From Lytechinus pictus (lineage: Eukaryota), in assembly GCF_037042905.1 (NCBI RefSeq), contig NC_087249.1, forward strand, positions 8,310,001 to 8,374,000: DNA of 64,000 nt, written 5' to 3'. Every line of letters begins with the position of its first letter. The first letter of the stretch is position 1. Both the position numbers and the translations under genes were made by a program. Shown piece by piece: positions 12,990 through 26,874 of this stretch. The notes beneath the pieces are model-generated. The model did not search any database. It was not told where the DNA came from and saw nothing but the letters and a program-made list of their open reading frames with translations.

Positions 12990-14079
12990 TAGTTTAGGAT
13001 AGGATCATGTTGGTTAAAGAAAATTGCATTAAACATGAATTGGGATTTCTCTTACACAAGTTTTTGTAGGTTCATTATATTAATCAACCTGATGGATTGG
13101 CTAAAATATTTCTGAATGTTTGCTCCATCATTACAGCAATTTGTAAGGCCTCAGAATGAAATTAATGAGAAGGCGTACTTTTTTTATATCACTCACCGTG
13201 CAATCGCCACAACATCCTCACCCGTCTTTGCATTCGGTCGTAATGTTGCGTTTTATTTTCAAAATGCCTGTTCTTGAATCCTGTTATTCCTTGCCTCTGA
13301 ATTCAAATCTGTGAAACTAGTTAGTTAATCACATCACTGTCATGTTTATTAAGAAGCCATTGATTTTGGAACTTGGATCCTTATTAGCTGATGTATAGTT
13401 CTTCCTATGAACACGTCTAAAGAAAAATAACTTTCTCTCTTTCTTCCTCCCTCTTTCTCTCCTTTTTTCTTCCTGATACATCCAGCTTCATCTCTCTTTC
13501 CTTTTTATCGCCATGAAGGATTATTTTTCATACGACTATATATTCATCCCAGGGTATTTTTCATGACATCTCAGTTTGCCTATGATGTATTAGCCCTCTC
13601 TTCCAATTGTTTGCTGTCACATTTTAATGGTCCGGACATAAATCTGCCCCTTTTAATGCCTTTGTTATTACTGACAGTCAGAGTGTCATGTAGGTAACAG
13701 AATTGTATATGTACATGTATAATGTATCTTTTGATGCATTGTCTGTCTAGTATACTTACTTTTGCTTTTGTCATTTTTATCCACATCATTTTTTTGGGGG
13801 GGGGGTAGGGTGATAAATGGGGATTAAATGTGACTAGTTGTATTACTTTTCATGAATTTTGCATTTGGAATAGACTTGCATAGTTATTTCCTTATTTATT
13901 GTACATATGTATTTTTATTTGGGGCGTGGGGCTTTTTGCAATTTTAGATAGGGGGAGTCTCACTATTTCTTCATTTTATTGAATTCATTACTAGTAAAGG
14001 GTGTGATGATAGTAAGAACCACATTTCAAATGCGAACATGTCCACTGCGAGGAATGCTCAAGACGCGTACATGGTAATG

Positions 14080-14295
14080 TTATTATTATTACCCTGACTT
14101 AAGCTGTGCTGCCTTTGGGCGCTCAAACACCCAATGAATTTCTTCCTACTGGGTACTCATTCACCTCACCTGGGTTGAGTGCAGCACAATGTGGGTAAAA
14201 TTCTTGCTGAAGGAAAACATGCCATGGCTGGGAATCGAACCCAAGTCTCTCAGATTGAAAGACGAGAGTCATAACCACTAGACCACGACATCCCA
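14080..14295 (-). mobile_element. tRNA-derived SINE
   Basis: Minus strand shows A box TGGTCTAGTGG, B box GGTTCGATTCC, a core (CCTTCAGCAAG..ACCCAGGTG..GAGTACCC) and a (TAA)n tail. Homologs at 39866 and 40640. Confidence 0.85.
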
Positions 14296-17200
14296 CCATA
14301 AAAAGCAACCGAGGCCTTAATTACTGAAATTCCTGTTCCTTTTCAAGTGTAAAAGCCATTGGAGTAACACACTACCCCAGGCCATGGATAAAATTTCCAG
14401 AGGATGAAATCATCCCTCTCATTTGCAACTGTAATGAATCTGCAATATGACTTAATTCCCACTTGTATCTTCCTTACAGCCAGTCGTGTTGCTAGACAAA
14501 ACAAGGTGCATATTGACTTGGTCCAATTTATTTGTTACCATTCTAGATACTCTGTTAAATACAGGTCATATCATCTTTTGTTCTCTTGAAACGAGGTCAA
14601 CTTGGAAATGGGACGATAATTGTTGGACATTGATTTCTTTTGAATAAACAAGGGAACTAATTGCAAGAAAGATATTTGTGATCAGAAAGCAAAATAAACA
14701 GTGTAATTATCTCTCAAATGGTTTCCTTGACAAGAAAATCATGCACAGATCTGTTTAAATGAGTAAAATTGTTCCAGCTTGTGAAAATGATGCACAGTAG
14801 AAATCTCTGCTTACAAATGAAATAAATAGTTTAATTATTTCCTAAACGATAACCTTGACTATCCAATTATGCCCAGTTCTCTTCGAGGTTTGAATAAAGA
14901 CATAATAGTGCAAACACAATGCTTCAGTCATGTGCTCTCCGTCCACGTTCTGAACCCAACAAAATCAATTGAATAGACCGGGACTTGAAGTGTAACCAAT
15001 TTGATAATCATACCTCAGCTAAATGTTATCTTTTGCTGTCAATAGCCGAAGTCAAGAGGTTCAAGACTGAGTAAATTTGACAAGTAATAAAGCCGTTATA
15101 AACCAGGTGCACAAGCAATGGTGTCAAAGCTTCTCGACAATAGTGCAAGAAATATGAGTGTTGTATCAACATTAGATTATACTCGGTCAATGGTCAATAT
15201 ATCCAACACTTCGGGCAATTTTCAATCCAGATTTCTTTCTTGCAATGCATGCGATCTGATGAAAAATATTGAAGTGTAAGAGTAGAAAATCAGTTTGATT
15301 TTAATATGAGGCAAAGATAATGTTATGCAAATACGACTCTTCGTATTCAGTAAGAGGCATTGGATATTGAATATAGTATAAGTCATTTGAGATTATTGTA
15401 AATTTGATTGTTTTTCTTCATTGTATAGTAAATGTAATTTGTTCTTTCGCTGGTATACTGTAGTATGCTTATATTATAATGAACATTATTGGGATCATTT
15501 TTTAGAAGAAACAAAATTTAACTTTGCTGATTAATAAGTCAATGTTCTATAATTTATTAAATCCTTGCCAAGTGTAAAGCAATTTGACAGACAAGATAAT
15601 GCAAAACATGTGTCCCCCCCCCCCCTTTTATTAAGTCAATTTAGGCTCTGGTTGGAACATGGACTTGGTAGGTCCATGTTTGGAAAGACTTCTGTGATGT
15701 CCGAAAATCAAACTTGGACAGAGATACATAAAGCAATAAATATACATTTAGGCTATTAATGGTTATGTATCTGAAGTTAATCTGGTAGACTTTTTAGGTG
15801 CCTGGGAATGGAAACATGGGAATTTGGGATGCCTGTTAGGTCATCCATGCAGTATATGTATATTATCAATATTCTTTTTTGTCAGATCACTCATTTTTCA
15901 CTAATCTCTACACAACCTGTCATGTATACGAGTGCAAACACACCTTAACTTGAACTCATTGGTATGTAGCAAGATCTACCTGCCTACCTGTCTGGGATTT
16001 CTGCCTAGGGGTCACGTGGGGTCAAAAGTCAAGGTAAATTGGCAGTTCGCCTAACCTTGGACTGAGGGCATGGGTGCAATTTCATCAATCCATGAGTCAA
16101 TGAACTCGTTCCTGCCAATTGGATTTTGTTATGTATAGTTATGCTGTTATTTTTTTCTGCTGTTTGTAACTAGTTATAGGCCTCCAGTTTATTGTATGAA
16201 ATGTACGTATTTGTAAATCAAATGAAATTAGATGTGATGCTTTTCCGTGAAATATCAGTTGAATAGAGACGAAGCTTTGATAGAAATTAATCACTTTCTG
16301 ATCAGCATTGTAGTAGGCCTATAGATGAACTTTCTAAGATATTTTGATTATTTTTTATCACGCCAGTTTGCTCTTAAAATTAAACCATAAGATTATCAGA
16401 AATGCAATGTCAGGCAAGCCTGAATTTTACTCAGTTGCTGAACTGATTCCTGCCAGTTAGGACCATTTGAACGATCACTATATGAATAATAAACTGATCA
16501 TGCATGCTAGGAATGGATCCGATGGTCCAATCTGGAAAGTCTACCAATCACAATCTTACATGGGTATCACCAGGGAAGTCAAGAGAGATAAGAAAGAGTA
16601 AACAGGATAAGTTTATGAATTAAGTTTGAATTTTTATATTAAATTCATAATAAATGAAGCATGGCTGTTTAAACTGTTAAACAACTTCTGTAATGTTCAT
16701 ATAATAAACGGCATTGTATAAAACTTGGAGCGCAGTGAGAATGGAGGGAAAAAGTCTTTTTGAAGGGCCAGCATATGGACTACTGTAGGACTTGGCCCAC
16801 CCCTGGTACTTCTAAAAACAGTGCTCTGACAGGTGGACAGAGATACAGATACACGAATAGACAGTAAAAAAGAGAGAGAGACACACACACGCACACACAC
16901 CTGTAATCTAGATACAAGGAGGCATTAAAGAGAAAAATATGAAAAGTTGTTATTCACAGATGTCTTTTTTTCCAACCTAGTTTTGGAAAGGGGAAACAAA
17001 TTTTGTTTAATATCCTGAAGGCTCTGTATTTTCAACAATGTTGGCAACTGCAAGTGTCTAAATGTTTATCTGGAATAAGTAAAATGTCTGTCATGGCCTG
17101 ATAAACCAATTCTGTATATCACAGCAATTTGTTATTTTTCTGGATTTATACTATCTCTGACATCATGATGCCTGTACCAAAACTTATTATTAAAAGCATG

Positions 17201-17746
17201 ACATATTGACAAGGCCACATGTTTGCTACTGCTGTTGCTTTTAATTTTACTGGTACCTTTCTTTGAAATACACAGGAGGCATACATATATTTACATGTAC
17301 CGTATGTCTATCAGCATTGTGTAACTAACTACTGTATATGGTGACAGATCTTTTACAGGTACATAATCTCTTGATTAATTTAGTGTTGTAATTGACCATC
17401 TAGGCTTACATGTTTATTTCAGGTCATTAAAATTTTACTGGTATTCAGGAATCTTTTATGGGGACATTATCAGGCATCACCCCATTAGACAAGTTTCATC
17501 TTGTTCATAGTTGACATTAACTTCACAAAAAACAACCTGCATTATTTTTTAAGCAGACATTTGCAGGTAGCTGTTTCTGCCAGTTGCCAGCTACTGGCCG
17601 TAGGCCTTCTAACTTCGTTTTCACACTGCATTCTCTTAGCAACGCAATTGTGGTGCTAGCAATGGATAACCACTTGTGCATGTACAGATAATGCATGGTG
17701 CACATACAGTAAGGGATGAAATTATGATGTGTTGATCACCATAATA

Positions 17747-18198
17747 TGCTTTTCACACTGCATTTCCCTTACCCCATACTATCCTTAACCCCATACTATC
17801 TTCTTTTTTTTTCACACTGTCTTTTTTAACCCTGTACTATTTGCTTAGCCGGGACTAACGCCTTAACCCCGGGCAATCACACAGCTCATAAATATTGATG
17901 ATTTTACCATACAGAGCGCGATTAACGTGCAATTTCGACTTCTGTGATTGGCTAATCCTTAGCCCCACTTTTGCTTAGCCCTGTTTCGTTTCACACTGCA
18001 TCTCTTAGCACCGCAATTGTGGTGCTAGCACTTCAATAAGCCGGCCAACCCTGCTTTTTTGCAGGGCCAGATAGTACCGTACTATTTACCGTGCTAGCCC
18101 ACTTTGCTAAAACGTAGTGTGAAAATGGGGCTAAGAACCCCCCCCCTTAGCTCCACCAATTTCCTGGGGTTAAGGGAAAAAGTGCAGTGTGAAAAGCA
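17747..18198. mobile_element. MITE with TGCTTTTCACACTGCA TIRs
   Basis: TIR pairs with TGCAGTGTGAAAAGCA, TA flanks. Repeated TTTCACACTG motifs. An internal 50-bp segment is also present at about 17613-17660. Confidence 0.75.
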
Positions 18199-18214
18199 TA
18201 TATATGATTTTTAA

Positions 18215-18630
18215 AGGGCAAGTCTACCCCAACAAGAAGTTGATTTAAATTTAAAGAAAAAAAACTAACCACACTGAAAATTTCATCATAATCAGGTTTA
18301 AAATGAGGAAGTTTGGACATAATCGAGATTCATTTAATTTCACAAAATTTTTCACATCCCACATCCTTGTCGGTATGCAAATGTGGGAAACGATGATTGT
18401 CACACGCTATTTCTTTTGATTAAAAATATTAAATATCAAAATTTCTCCTCAATACAATATCTGTGACTCTCGTTTGTACATCACTGTGTTGTGCATATAA
18501 CTGTTTTGTGAAAAATAAGTAAAACGATAAAATATAACTTTCTAATATGATTTGGATGAAATTTTCAGCATTTTTTTTCTTGCTCTCTCTAGAATAAGTT
18601 AACTTTTTGTTTGCATGGTTGGGATGGACT
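18215..18630 (+). mobile_element. Family A MITE, diverged
   Basis: TTAA|AGGGCAAGTCTACCCCAAC start. Degenerate internal homology to the other A copies. Confidence 0.65.
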
Positions 18631-19638
18631 GAAAATTCTGAAAATTAATAGTATCCCTTTTGAGTTGAAGGATAGATCAATGGAGATGCCAAGCTGTGAA
18701 AAAAAATGAGTGAATATAAGCTATTTTTGCCTTCTCGATGCCAAAGTTCCTGATCATTTTAAATATCCCCTTGTCAATAATGAGTCACTACTACACTAGC
18801 TAATCTAATGACAAAATGTGGTTCCTTAATACCAATTCACACCAGTAGAGAAACACTTGAAAAGCTTGGAGAAAAATTATCTATAGACTACTTTAGCATG
18901 CATTGAAACAATGTACATATATAAATGTAAAGAAGAAAATTTAAAATATTAGAATAAATATAACTTATAAAACATAAATTTTAGGTGAAAAGTTTGATTA
19001 AAAATGCTGCTCTTCATCTTTTTTGACATTCCCACTGTTCCCATTTGTTTTTGTTATGTTGTGTTGAGTGTTGTCAAAGATATGAAAGTTGGTCAGGCAT
19101 ATTGAGTTCCAACGTCACTTGACTTAATATCGCACAATGTATGTGCTTCATTCATGTAGATGATGGACTCACAATCTTCAGTTACCTTTCATTTGAAGAG
19201 ATTTCCTATCTGATTCTTTTAAAGATTTATATGAAAACGTACAATATCTGTGTTCTAAAACAATGACTTTTCCTCATGTGAATGGGTGATTGGAGTACTC
19301 CTCAGAAGGAAATGCATGTTTTTCTCCCAATGTCAGGTTGAAATTGAATATGATGTCAAAAATCTTGAACTCTTTACATCAGCTCGTGGCATTGGAGAAA
19401 TGACAAATTTGCACTCTTTCTCTGGGCAGAAGGAAGTGATGTAAATTGAAAATTGGTAACACGAAATCTGGATTTTAGCGAAGGTGATGCTCTGAAAAAC
19501 AACTTCTGTGGGCAATTTAACAAGGTGAATGTGAAGTTTATTTTTGTCTCTGTTTCAGGACGGAAATGAAGGCTGCTTTATATTTGTGTCAAACTCTAAA
19601 AAAAAGGGTCTACAAGTGGTGTAGGTCTTCTGTATATA

Positions 19639-20618
19639 CAGTGCGTATCAAAAAAAGTTTACACTTTGAAAAAGCCCTGGGAATTAAAAAATATACAACA
19701 TATGGGTAATTTTTTCACATATAATCTTAGGTTTGGGTCTCATCTATCCAATGCAAGTAAAAGTTTTGACAGAATATTACACTTGAGTGAGCACTGTCCA
19801 TTTTTGTAAAGCTTGCAGAAATCTGTTTGCGCAGAAATGCTTTCACACAGAGTCAAGGAGAAAGGGCGAAATCAAATTTACCCTGCGAAACATTTCTCGT
19901 ACATTTCCCTTGCACTTTTAGTCAATAGAAATTAGACGGATACATTCAAGCATTTTGTAACAATTTTGCCACCCAAATTGAAATTTCAACACTTAGTAAG
20001 CACAACCTTTACCCTTTTTGTGCCAGCTGGATCTGAGGACATAACTAAATCTGAACAAAAGTTTATATCAGACATCTCCAGCATTTTTTCACTAAGTTTT
20101 TATTATTTATAGTGGGTCTACATTTCGTTTTTATTTAATACTTGTTTCTCCACACCTTTTCCAAGCTTTACAATGATTAACAAAATGAAAATCAAGCCTA
20201 AGCCATTTCATGTAAATCACAGCTCAGTGTAAAGAAAATATCGTCACGATTGCCTCAGTGTGTGGGGGAGTGGGATGGGGCGCAATGCACTCTTCGAAGT
20301 GTTTTGGGCAAGGAAAAAAGTTTTAAAAGGTAAAAGATATCTTCAAACAACTTTAATAGATAAATTCAACTTGTTCTTCATGATTAAGGTCTACTTTTAT
20401 TCGCATAACTATTTCAAAGTTCTGCGCAAATCATTTTTCACTAACTTTTCAAAAGTAAGTGGTGTTCACTCAAGCGGAAATATTTTTCGACAGTTATATC
20501 GTCATTTGCTTAAATGGATCTGTACCAATGTTACAGTGTGGAAAACTCTTCAGGATATTACAAATGTATAATTTTACAGGATTTTTTCTAAGTGTAAACT
20601 TTTTTTTTATACGCACTG
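19639..20618. mobile_element. Non-autonomous Tc1/mariner-like element (980 bp)
   Basis: TIR CAGTGCGTATCAAAAAAAGTTTACACTT / AAGTGTAAACTTTTTTTTTATACGCACTG with TA TSD. No transposase ORF. Confidence 0.85.
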
Positions 20619-23051
20619 TATATATATTTTTTTTTTTTTCAAGTTGTACACACATACCTCCAAAGAAATATAGAAGTTTACACTACAAACCTATTATGGT
20701 GATTTTTTTCCCCTCGTTCTTTCTCTCTCACTCGTCTTTCTCAATATATATTTTTTTCCTCAATATTTTTCTTTCCACCCTTCCTACTGTGTTTTTACTT
20801 TCATTGAAATATTTTTTTTTCTCTCTCTCTCTCTCTGTTTTGGGGTGTGGAGTTGGGTGTTGGGCTGGAATTTGTATTCCATTATGATTTGATTATTTTA
20901 TGAAGAGCTCTCAATCTGCATTGATATTTTCCCCCCTGAATTCCCGTTAATAATTTCACATGCGTCCACATTTACCCAAGCACCAAACATACCTGTGAAT
21001 TAGCAGAGCGGGGATCAGAGCTTGTTCAATGCCACGAAATTGGCCCACCTGAAGTATTTACTGCATACACACCTGCATGAATCAGATAAAGATCTTGTTA
21101 TTGAATTAATATAGTTGCTGGCTTGTACTAGGAGCCAGCAACAAACACACAATAACAATTATGCACATTATTATTTTCATTTTCAGTGCCAATATCCCTG
21201 TGACCTTGAAGAAATCCATGTGAAATGTTCTCATTATTTTTAAAAGGACATGTACATACCAATTACTATCTTGGATGTATTTTCTTACTTGAATAATTCT
21301 TGTAGTTGTACTTGACATTCACACTGGCAAATACCTGGTATTTTTTTTTTTTTTTGTATATTGGGTGGTGTGAAAACATCTAAAAGTTGCTCAGTGTTGC
21401 ATTTTTTTTTTTTTTTTTGGGGGGGGGAACTTACCATGATTACCAAAATACCAGTTTATCCATAGAATATCCACCCATAAAATTTTCAAGTCAGCCACCT
21501 GGTACAAAGATTTGAAAAAAAGAAAGATTATTTGTCCACTCAGATAAACTACTTTCTGCATCAAACAACAACCGTGTGTGGCATCACATAAAACAACTTC
21601 CACCTGATTTTCGACATTGATAAATTAATCTATATCTATGTATGTCATTCTCCATGAATTTTTTTTGCATATTTTCATGCAAAATTGATGCAATAGTTTA
21701 ATGGTCAGTAAAACCAGTAAGAAAATGGGTATCATTTTGTGTATGAAGACTTTGTTCTCAGAAGTGGGATGTTTTCAGAGGTGACCCTGTCTATAAGGTA
21801 CACCTATCCGTAGAGGCCACCTTTTTTCTGTTTCCCTGTGGGAAGCCTTAATAGACAAGTTTGACTGTAATCTGTTTAACTTCAATCGAAATTGGTTTGG
21901 GCATCATTTGACCCAAGTTTCCTGAAATCAGCCCTCTTGGTGATAAATCAGAATTCATCTCCCTACGTCAACCTGTCATATATAGTACATTGACTTCAAA
22001 TCGTCTCAGAATATTGATTGCTTCTGAAACACTTGATGTTGTAGATAACTGTCAATTTCTTTCTAAAAAATTGAGTTGTGGGTTAAAACTAATTCCTATT
22101 TTTTGCTTGCCTTGATATGTCCAAGCTGTGATCAATAGAGATATTTTCACTCAGTGACTCAAATGGTAATAACCTTGAACTTGTGAACTTTGTTGGTTCT
22201 GAGAGGCTTCTGTAAGTGACGCTGAACACTGGATAAGATCGCTTGCATGTATTTGCGTGTCATAGCCCATCGGTTGTCTGTTGGCCGACATTAACTTTGG
22301 CAGTTTATCATACGCCTTTGTTGCTTATCGTGTTTGTGTGCGTGTCAGAAGACATGCTTTTACAGTTCTTGATGATATTGCATCATGGACCAGCTATTGA
22401 TTCGAATATGCCAAGAGGCAAGTGCGACGATCAGAACACATCCGTTCCCATTTTAAATTAAGTCGTACTTTGTTATCACTTTCTTGATCACTCATTATCA
22501 TTTGAAAAGTACAGAATTATGAAACAATTCATATTCCAAATTGATTTTAAAAAGGGTGTGATTAGAATTACCCCAAAAAGGATTAGAATTACCCCAAAAA
22601 GGATCAAAAATATTTTATCACAGTGTTTTAATGTACTAGAATTCTATCCCATAATGCTTTACGATACAACTGTTTAGGCACATATTTGGCATTTATATTG
22701 GGAAGCTCTTCAATATAATAGGATGGGGAAGTACATTAAGTATGAAGTGACATTATTATTTATTTATTTTGATAATGTTTTGCCTCTTATATTCAAGGAG
22801 CAAATTATACAACATGTAAAACATTTCCTCCATGCCATGGTTCATGAACAACTTGTAGGTGCAACGTATGGACTTTTATAAAACAGGTTTGAGAGTGTGA
22901 GCCAATGGTATTAGCACATATATGCAAGTCACATGTTCATTCTACGTAACTTCCCAGACAGGCAATTCTGTGCAGCACTGCATTATGGGTGCATCATTTT
23001 TCCCTTATCGCCCTTTAAACTGAGACGCAATCTGAAATACAAGTTCTTTAA

Positions 23052-23810
23052 AGGCTATGGCAACTTTGGTCCATATACTACATGTAGATAAGCCTGTGTT
23101 GTTGAAGTAGAAATCAGGTGTGATCTCTTCATATGTGTGATCCTCAAAAATTTGGAGGAATTCAAACAACTTTTCCACTACAAAGTCATACTATCAAACC
23201 ATTTTATGAAAAAAGGATTTTAATTTAATTTGTGATGTTCGTGGCGATGAGGGCATCTCAAGTATTCGCAATAACATGCTAGATTACACGGCGACTCGCG
23301 ATTGTTGCATATTGTACTCAGCTAAGGTTAAATCTTAAAGAATGTTCAGTGAGTCATTTTTGTGATCATAGTTTATATATTTTTGGGCTTTTTAATGTTA
23401 ATTTAATGGTGAAAAAAATTGATAAGTACTTCTCAGTTCCGCGCTAATTAGGACTATTATGGTTTCCGTATTGTTAAGGTCTCGGTCCGATTTAAGTAGA
23501 AGGAGGAAGTACTTAAGCTTAAACTTTAATAGAGAGGGGGGAATTAGTAACAACAAATACATTTTATATTAGAAAAATGCCAGCTGACAAGTCCATAAAT
23601 GACTTTCTGCTTTGCCAAGCTCTCAATTAAAATAAATATAAAAAGGAAGTACTTCATCTTAAAAACACTCAGTGTTTACGTCACAATTACTTGACAATTA
23701 TAGATATAAAATGCTATTAAAATCATGTTTTTAAACACATTTTGTAGTTTTAAGAAGGTTTGATACTTACAATGAATGTAAGTATAATTATGAGACCTAT
23801 ATAGTAGCCT
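23052..23810. mobile_element. Possible Kolobok-like element
   Basis: TTAA|AGGCTA...TAGCCT|TTTTAA. TIR short and imperfect. Confidence 0.4.
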
Positions 23811-24252
23811 TTTTAATGTATAGGCCTACTTGTAAAATTTTGTCACTTAAAATGTTTCTTTCATAAAGTTTTTTAGCCCATCAAATTTTATTTTTTTATA
23901 ATAATGTCTCAAATTTTAACTTTGTGGGAAGAATTATTGACCATAAAAAAAGCCAATATTTATAAATGATCTAAGAAGGATTGGTTCTTGTAGCAACTGT
24001 TTGGACTGACTGAAGTCATCAAGCATTCAGACCCACAAGAGTTACAACTTTGTTATTAAACTTTGCCATTTACGGCAACTACCATGGTAACTGGGATCAA
24101 CAGCCAATCACAATCAAGGTTACCACGGTACAGTTTCTATATATGGTTACGCAAAGGCAAAGTTACCTTATTTATCCATCTTTTTAAAAAATATGTCAAA
24201 GGTACCCCTTGACCCTGCACTCAGTATAATTTCTTGAACTGGTTACCCTTAA

Positions 24253-24855
24253 AGGAAAAGTCCACCCCAACAAAAGGTTGATTTGAATAAAAAGAGAAAA
24301 ATTCAACAAATTTAACACTGGAAATTTCATAGAAATCGTATGTAAAATGAGAAAGCTGTGGCATTTTAACCTTTCGCTTAATTTCACAAAACAGTTATAT
24401 GCACATCCTAGATGATATTCAAATAAGGGACTAATGACGTCATCCACTCACTATTTCTTTTGTTTTTTTGTTATATGAAATACGAAATATTCTAATTTTC
24501 TCTTCATTGTCATGTGAAACAAAGTTTTATTTATCCCTGAACATGTTAAATTACCATTGTTTTAAGATTTTATGGTTCAGTAAAGTTGGTACTTATTGTT
24601 AAACCTGTAAAAATATGAAACATTGTATAATTCAAACAATAAATAACAAAAGAAATAGTGAGTGGGGGACATCATCAACTTTGTCATTTGCATATCAATG
24701 ACATGTGCATATAACTGTTGTGAAAAATAAGCGAAACTTTAAAATGTCATAAAAATCTTATTTTACATCTGATTTTGATGAAATTTTCAGTTTTATGCTT
24801 GTTTATTTTTTCTCTATTGATTAAAATCAACGTTTTTCTGGGGTGGACTTGACCT
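24253..24855 (+). mobile_element. Family A Kolobok/T2-like MITE
   Basis: Perfect TTAA TSD (24249-24252, 24856-24859). AGG...CCT termini. Confidence 0.9.
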
Positions 24856-24869
24856 TTAAACCAGTGTAG

Positions 24870-25435
24870 GAATCTAGTTTAGATGATCGCTTTGCTAGTG
24901 TTCTCAATACCATTTCCTGAACTGGTTTTCTGAACCACTTCACGTGAAGCGTCCTTTTGCTACGGGAAGTCGGGAATGCCCTCAGTGGGGTCAAATGTTA
25001 TACACAAAATTTGAAACGGCAGCATAGGCATTCTACACACAGTGTGAGGAGTAGCGCGGCAAAAATGTTTGAGATTGTTTCCCAAGGAACGGTTGTTTCC
25101 TCACCTATGGCTTAAAGAGAAATGCCAGTTGTGGTAACGATCTCAAAAAAATGAGTTCGATCAGAATCCAATAAAATGACTGCCCACGTGTTTGTATGTA
25201 AAGATGAAAAAATATGTTCCAATTGGCTTTCGATGAAAATGTGTAATTGCTGAGAAATGAGCAAAATGATCACTGAATTCCATCAAATGTCGGGTATTTT
25301 TCCAAGCAAAATATATACTTAAACCACAGTTTTCCAAACTGGTTTGGAAGATCTCTTCCAGACTGCTTTGAGCATTTCCATTACATGTTTAACTAGTTTC
25401 CACTTAACTGGTTTCCCGTTTATTTGAGAATGGGA
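24870..25435 (-). mobile_element. Family C MITE interrupted by a truncated family B copy (25116-25318)
   Basis: Reverse-complement homology to 10794-11244 on both sides of a TTAA-flanked segment that matches the family B end. Confidence 0.7.
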
Positions 25436-25666
25436 TCCTTGACGTAAATAACGGTGGCCCTCTGAGCTCTGGTTAATGTCATGGGCAAATTCACAATTTA
25501 TTCATTCTATAAAAAAAACAGAAGAAAGAAATAGTCAGCAGCTCAGATCACATTATCCTTCTGAATTTCAGTCAGGAAATGGAGCTCTCATAATAGGAAA
25601 TACAGGGTTACACACCTGTATACACCTGTAGACGACTCCTGCGCATAATGACTACCAATACCAAAA

Positions 25667-26216
25667 GGTATATTCAGACCACCTCAAAGTTTGAGAATAT
25701 ACAGGTATTTTCTGATTTGGAAATTTACTCTGATCGTCTACCCTGATCATAAATACCCGTTATTTTTGGAAGCAAATTATTTGTAATATTCAGAAAGAAA
25801 ATACCTTGGTCCTACTTGTTAAAATTATAAGAACTTACACAGGTATTCTTGCAGTGTGAAAGCAAATTACTTGTACCGGTGATATTCTCAAAGAAAAATA
25901 CCAGCTAAAATAGTAGGTAGGCCCTACTTGTTAAAATTATGAGAGCTTTCACAGAAATTTTTGTAGTGTGGAACTGGAAGCAAAGTATGAGGACTTTGAG
26001 TAGTTGGGTGTGGGCTGCTGAGCTAGTGATTTTGAATCGGGCGCCTCTCTTCTAAACTGATCATACCGCGCATGCTTGTAAATTCAAGAACTTTTCATGT
26101 GAGGGTCTGCTTCGGGTCGGTATGAATGCAAAAATAATTATCTTGTACTTTTTAGCCTGAAGAAGTTCTTGTAATTGGATAGGTATGATGGTGATCAAGT
26201 CGGCCTGCGTGAAACT
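25667..26216 (+). mobile_element. Family E MITE with an internal duplication
   Basis: GGTATATTCAGACCACCTC start. Colinear with 36423-36825. Confidence 0.7.
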
Positions 26217-26486
26217 GTGAATACGCCAAGTGAAAACCAATACCAAAGATGATGGGTGGGTGTATTACCATGCTATAGGAACCTGTAACCAAGGAAGCAT
26301 TCTGTAATGTTTGGATTGGGAAATACTGACCTTTCATTGACTTGGTGACCTTCAGAAAAATACCATTCATGTGCTTTTGAGTAATGTACAGAAGATGCAT
26401 ACCTGGCCCAGTAGTTTTACATATTGGACAACCATCCAGGGGTGTTGATCAGACAGACGCCCAGTTAGATGAGACAACATAGACAA

Positions 26487-26874
26487 CGTTCTCACTACCT
26501 TCTTAAAACTAGATTATCGTGTAATAAGAATGGTCGAAGCGATCTTCCAAACCAGTAAAACCACCGTCGATGTAGTTTTGAAGATCGCTTTGCCTTGTTA
26601 ATCTGGTTTTAGCATAAGTGAGGACACAACCGTTCTTCGGGAAGCGATCTTCACACATTTTGAGCGCGCCACTCCACACACTGTGTGTAGAATGCCTACG
26701 CTGCGGTTTTGAATTTCACGCGAAACGTGTCACCAGCTGAGAGCGTTCCCATAGCAACAAGATCACTTTACGTGAAGTGATTTTGAAAACTACGTTCATG
26801 TGAACAAGTGGGAACTCTAGCAAAGCGATCTTCCAAAATGGTTTCCTGAACCGGTTTCCCATAAACTAATTTTA
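26487..26874 (+). mobile_element. Family C MITE
   Basis: High similarity to 10797-11220. Confidence 0.8.
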
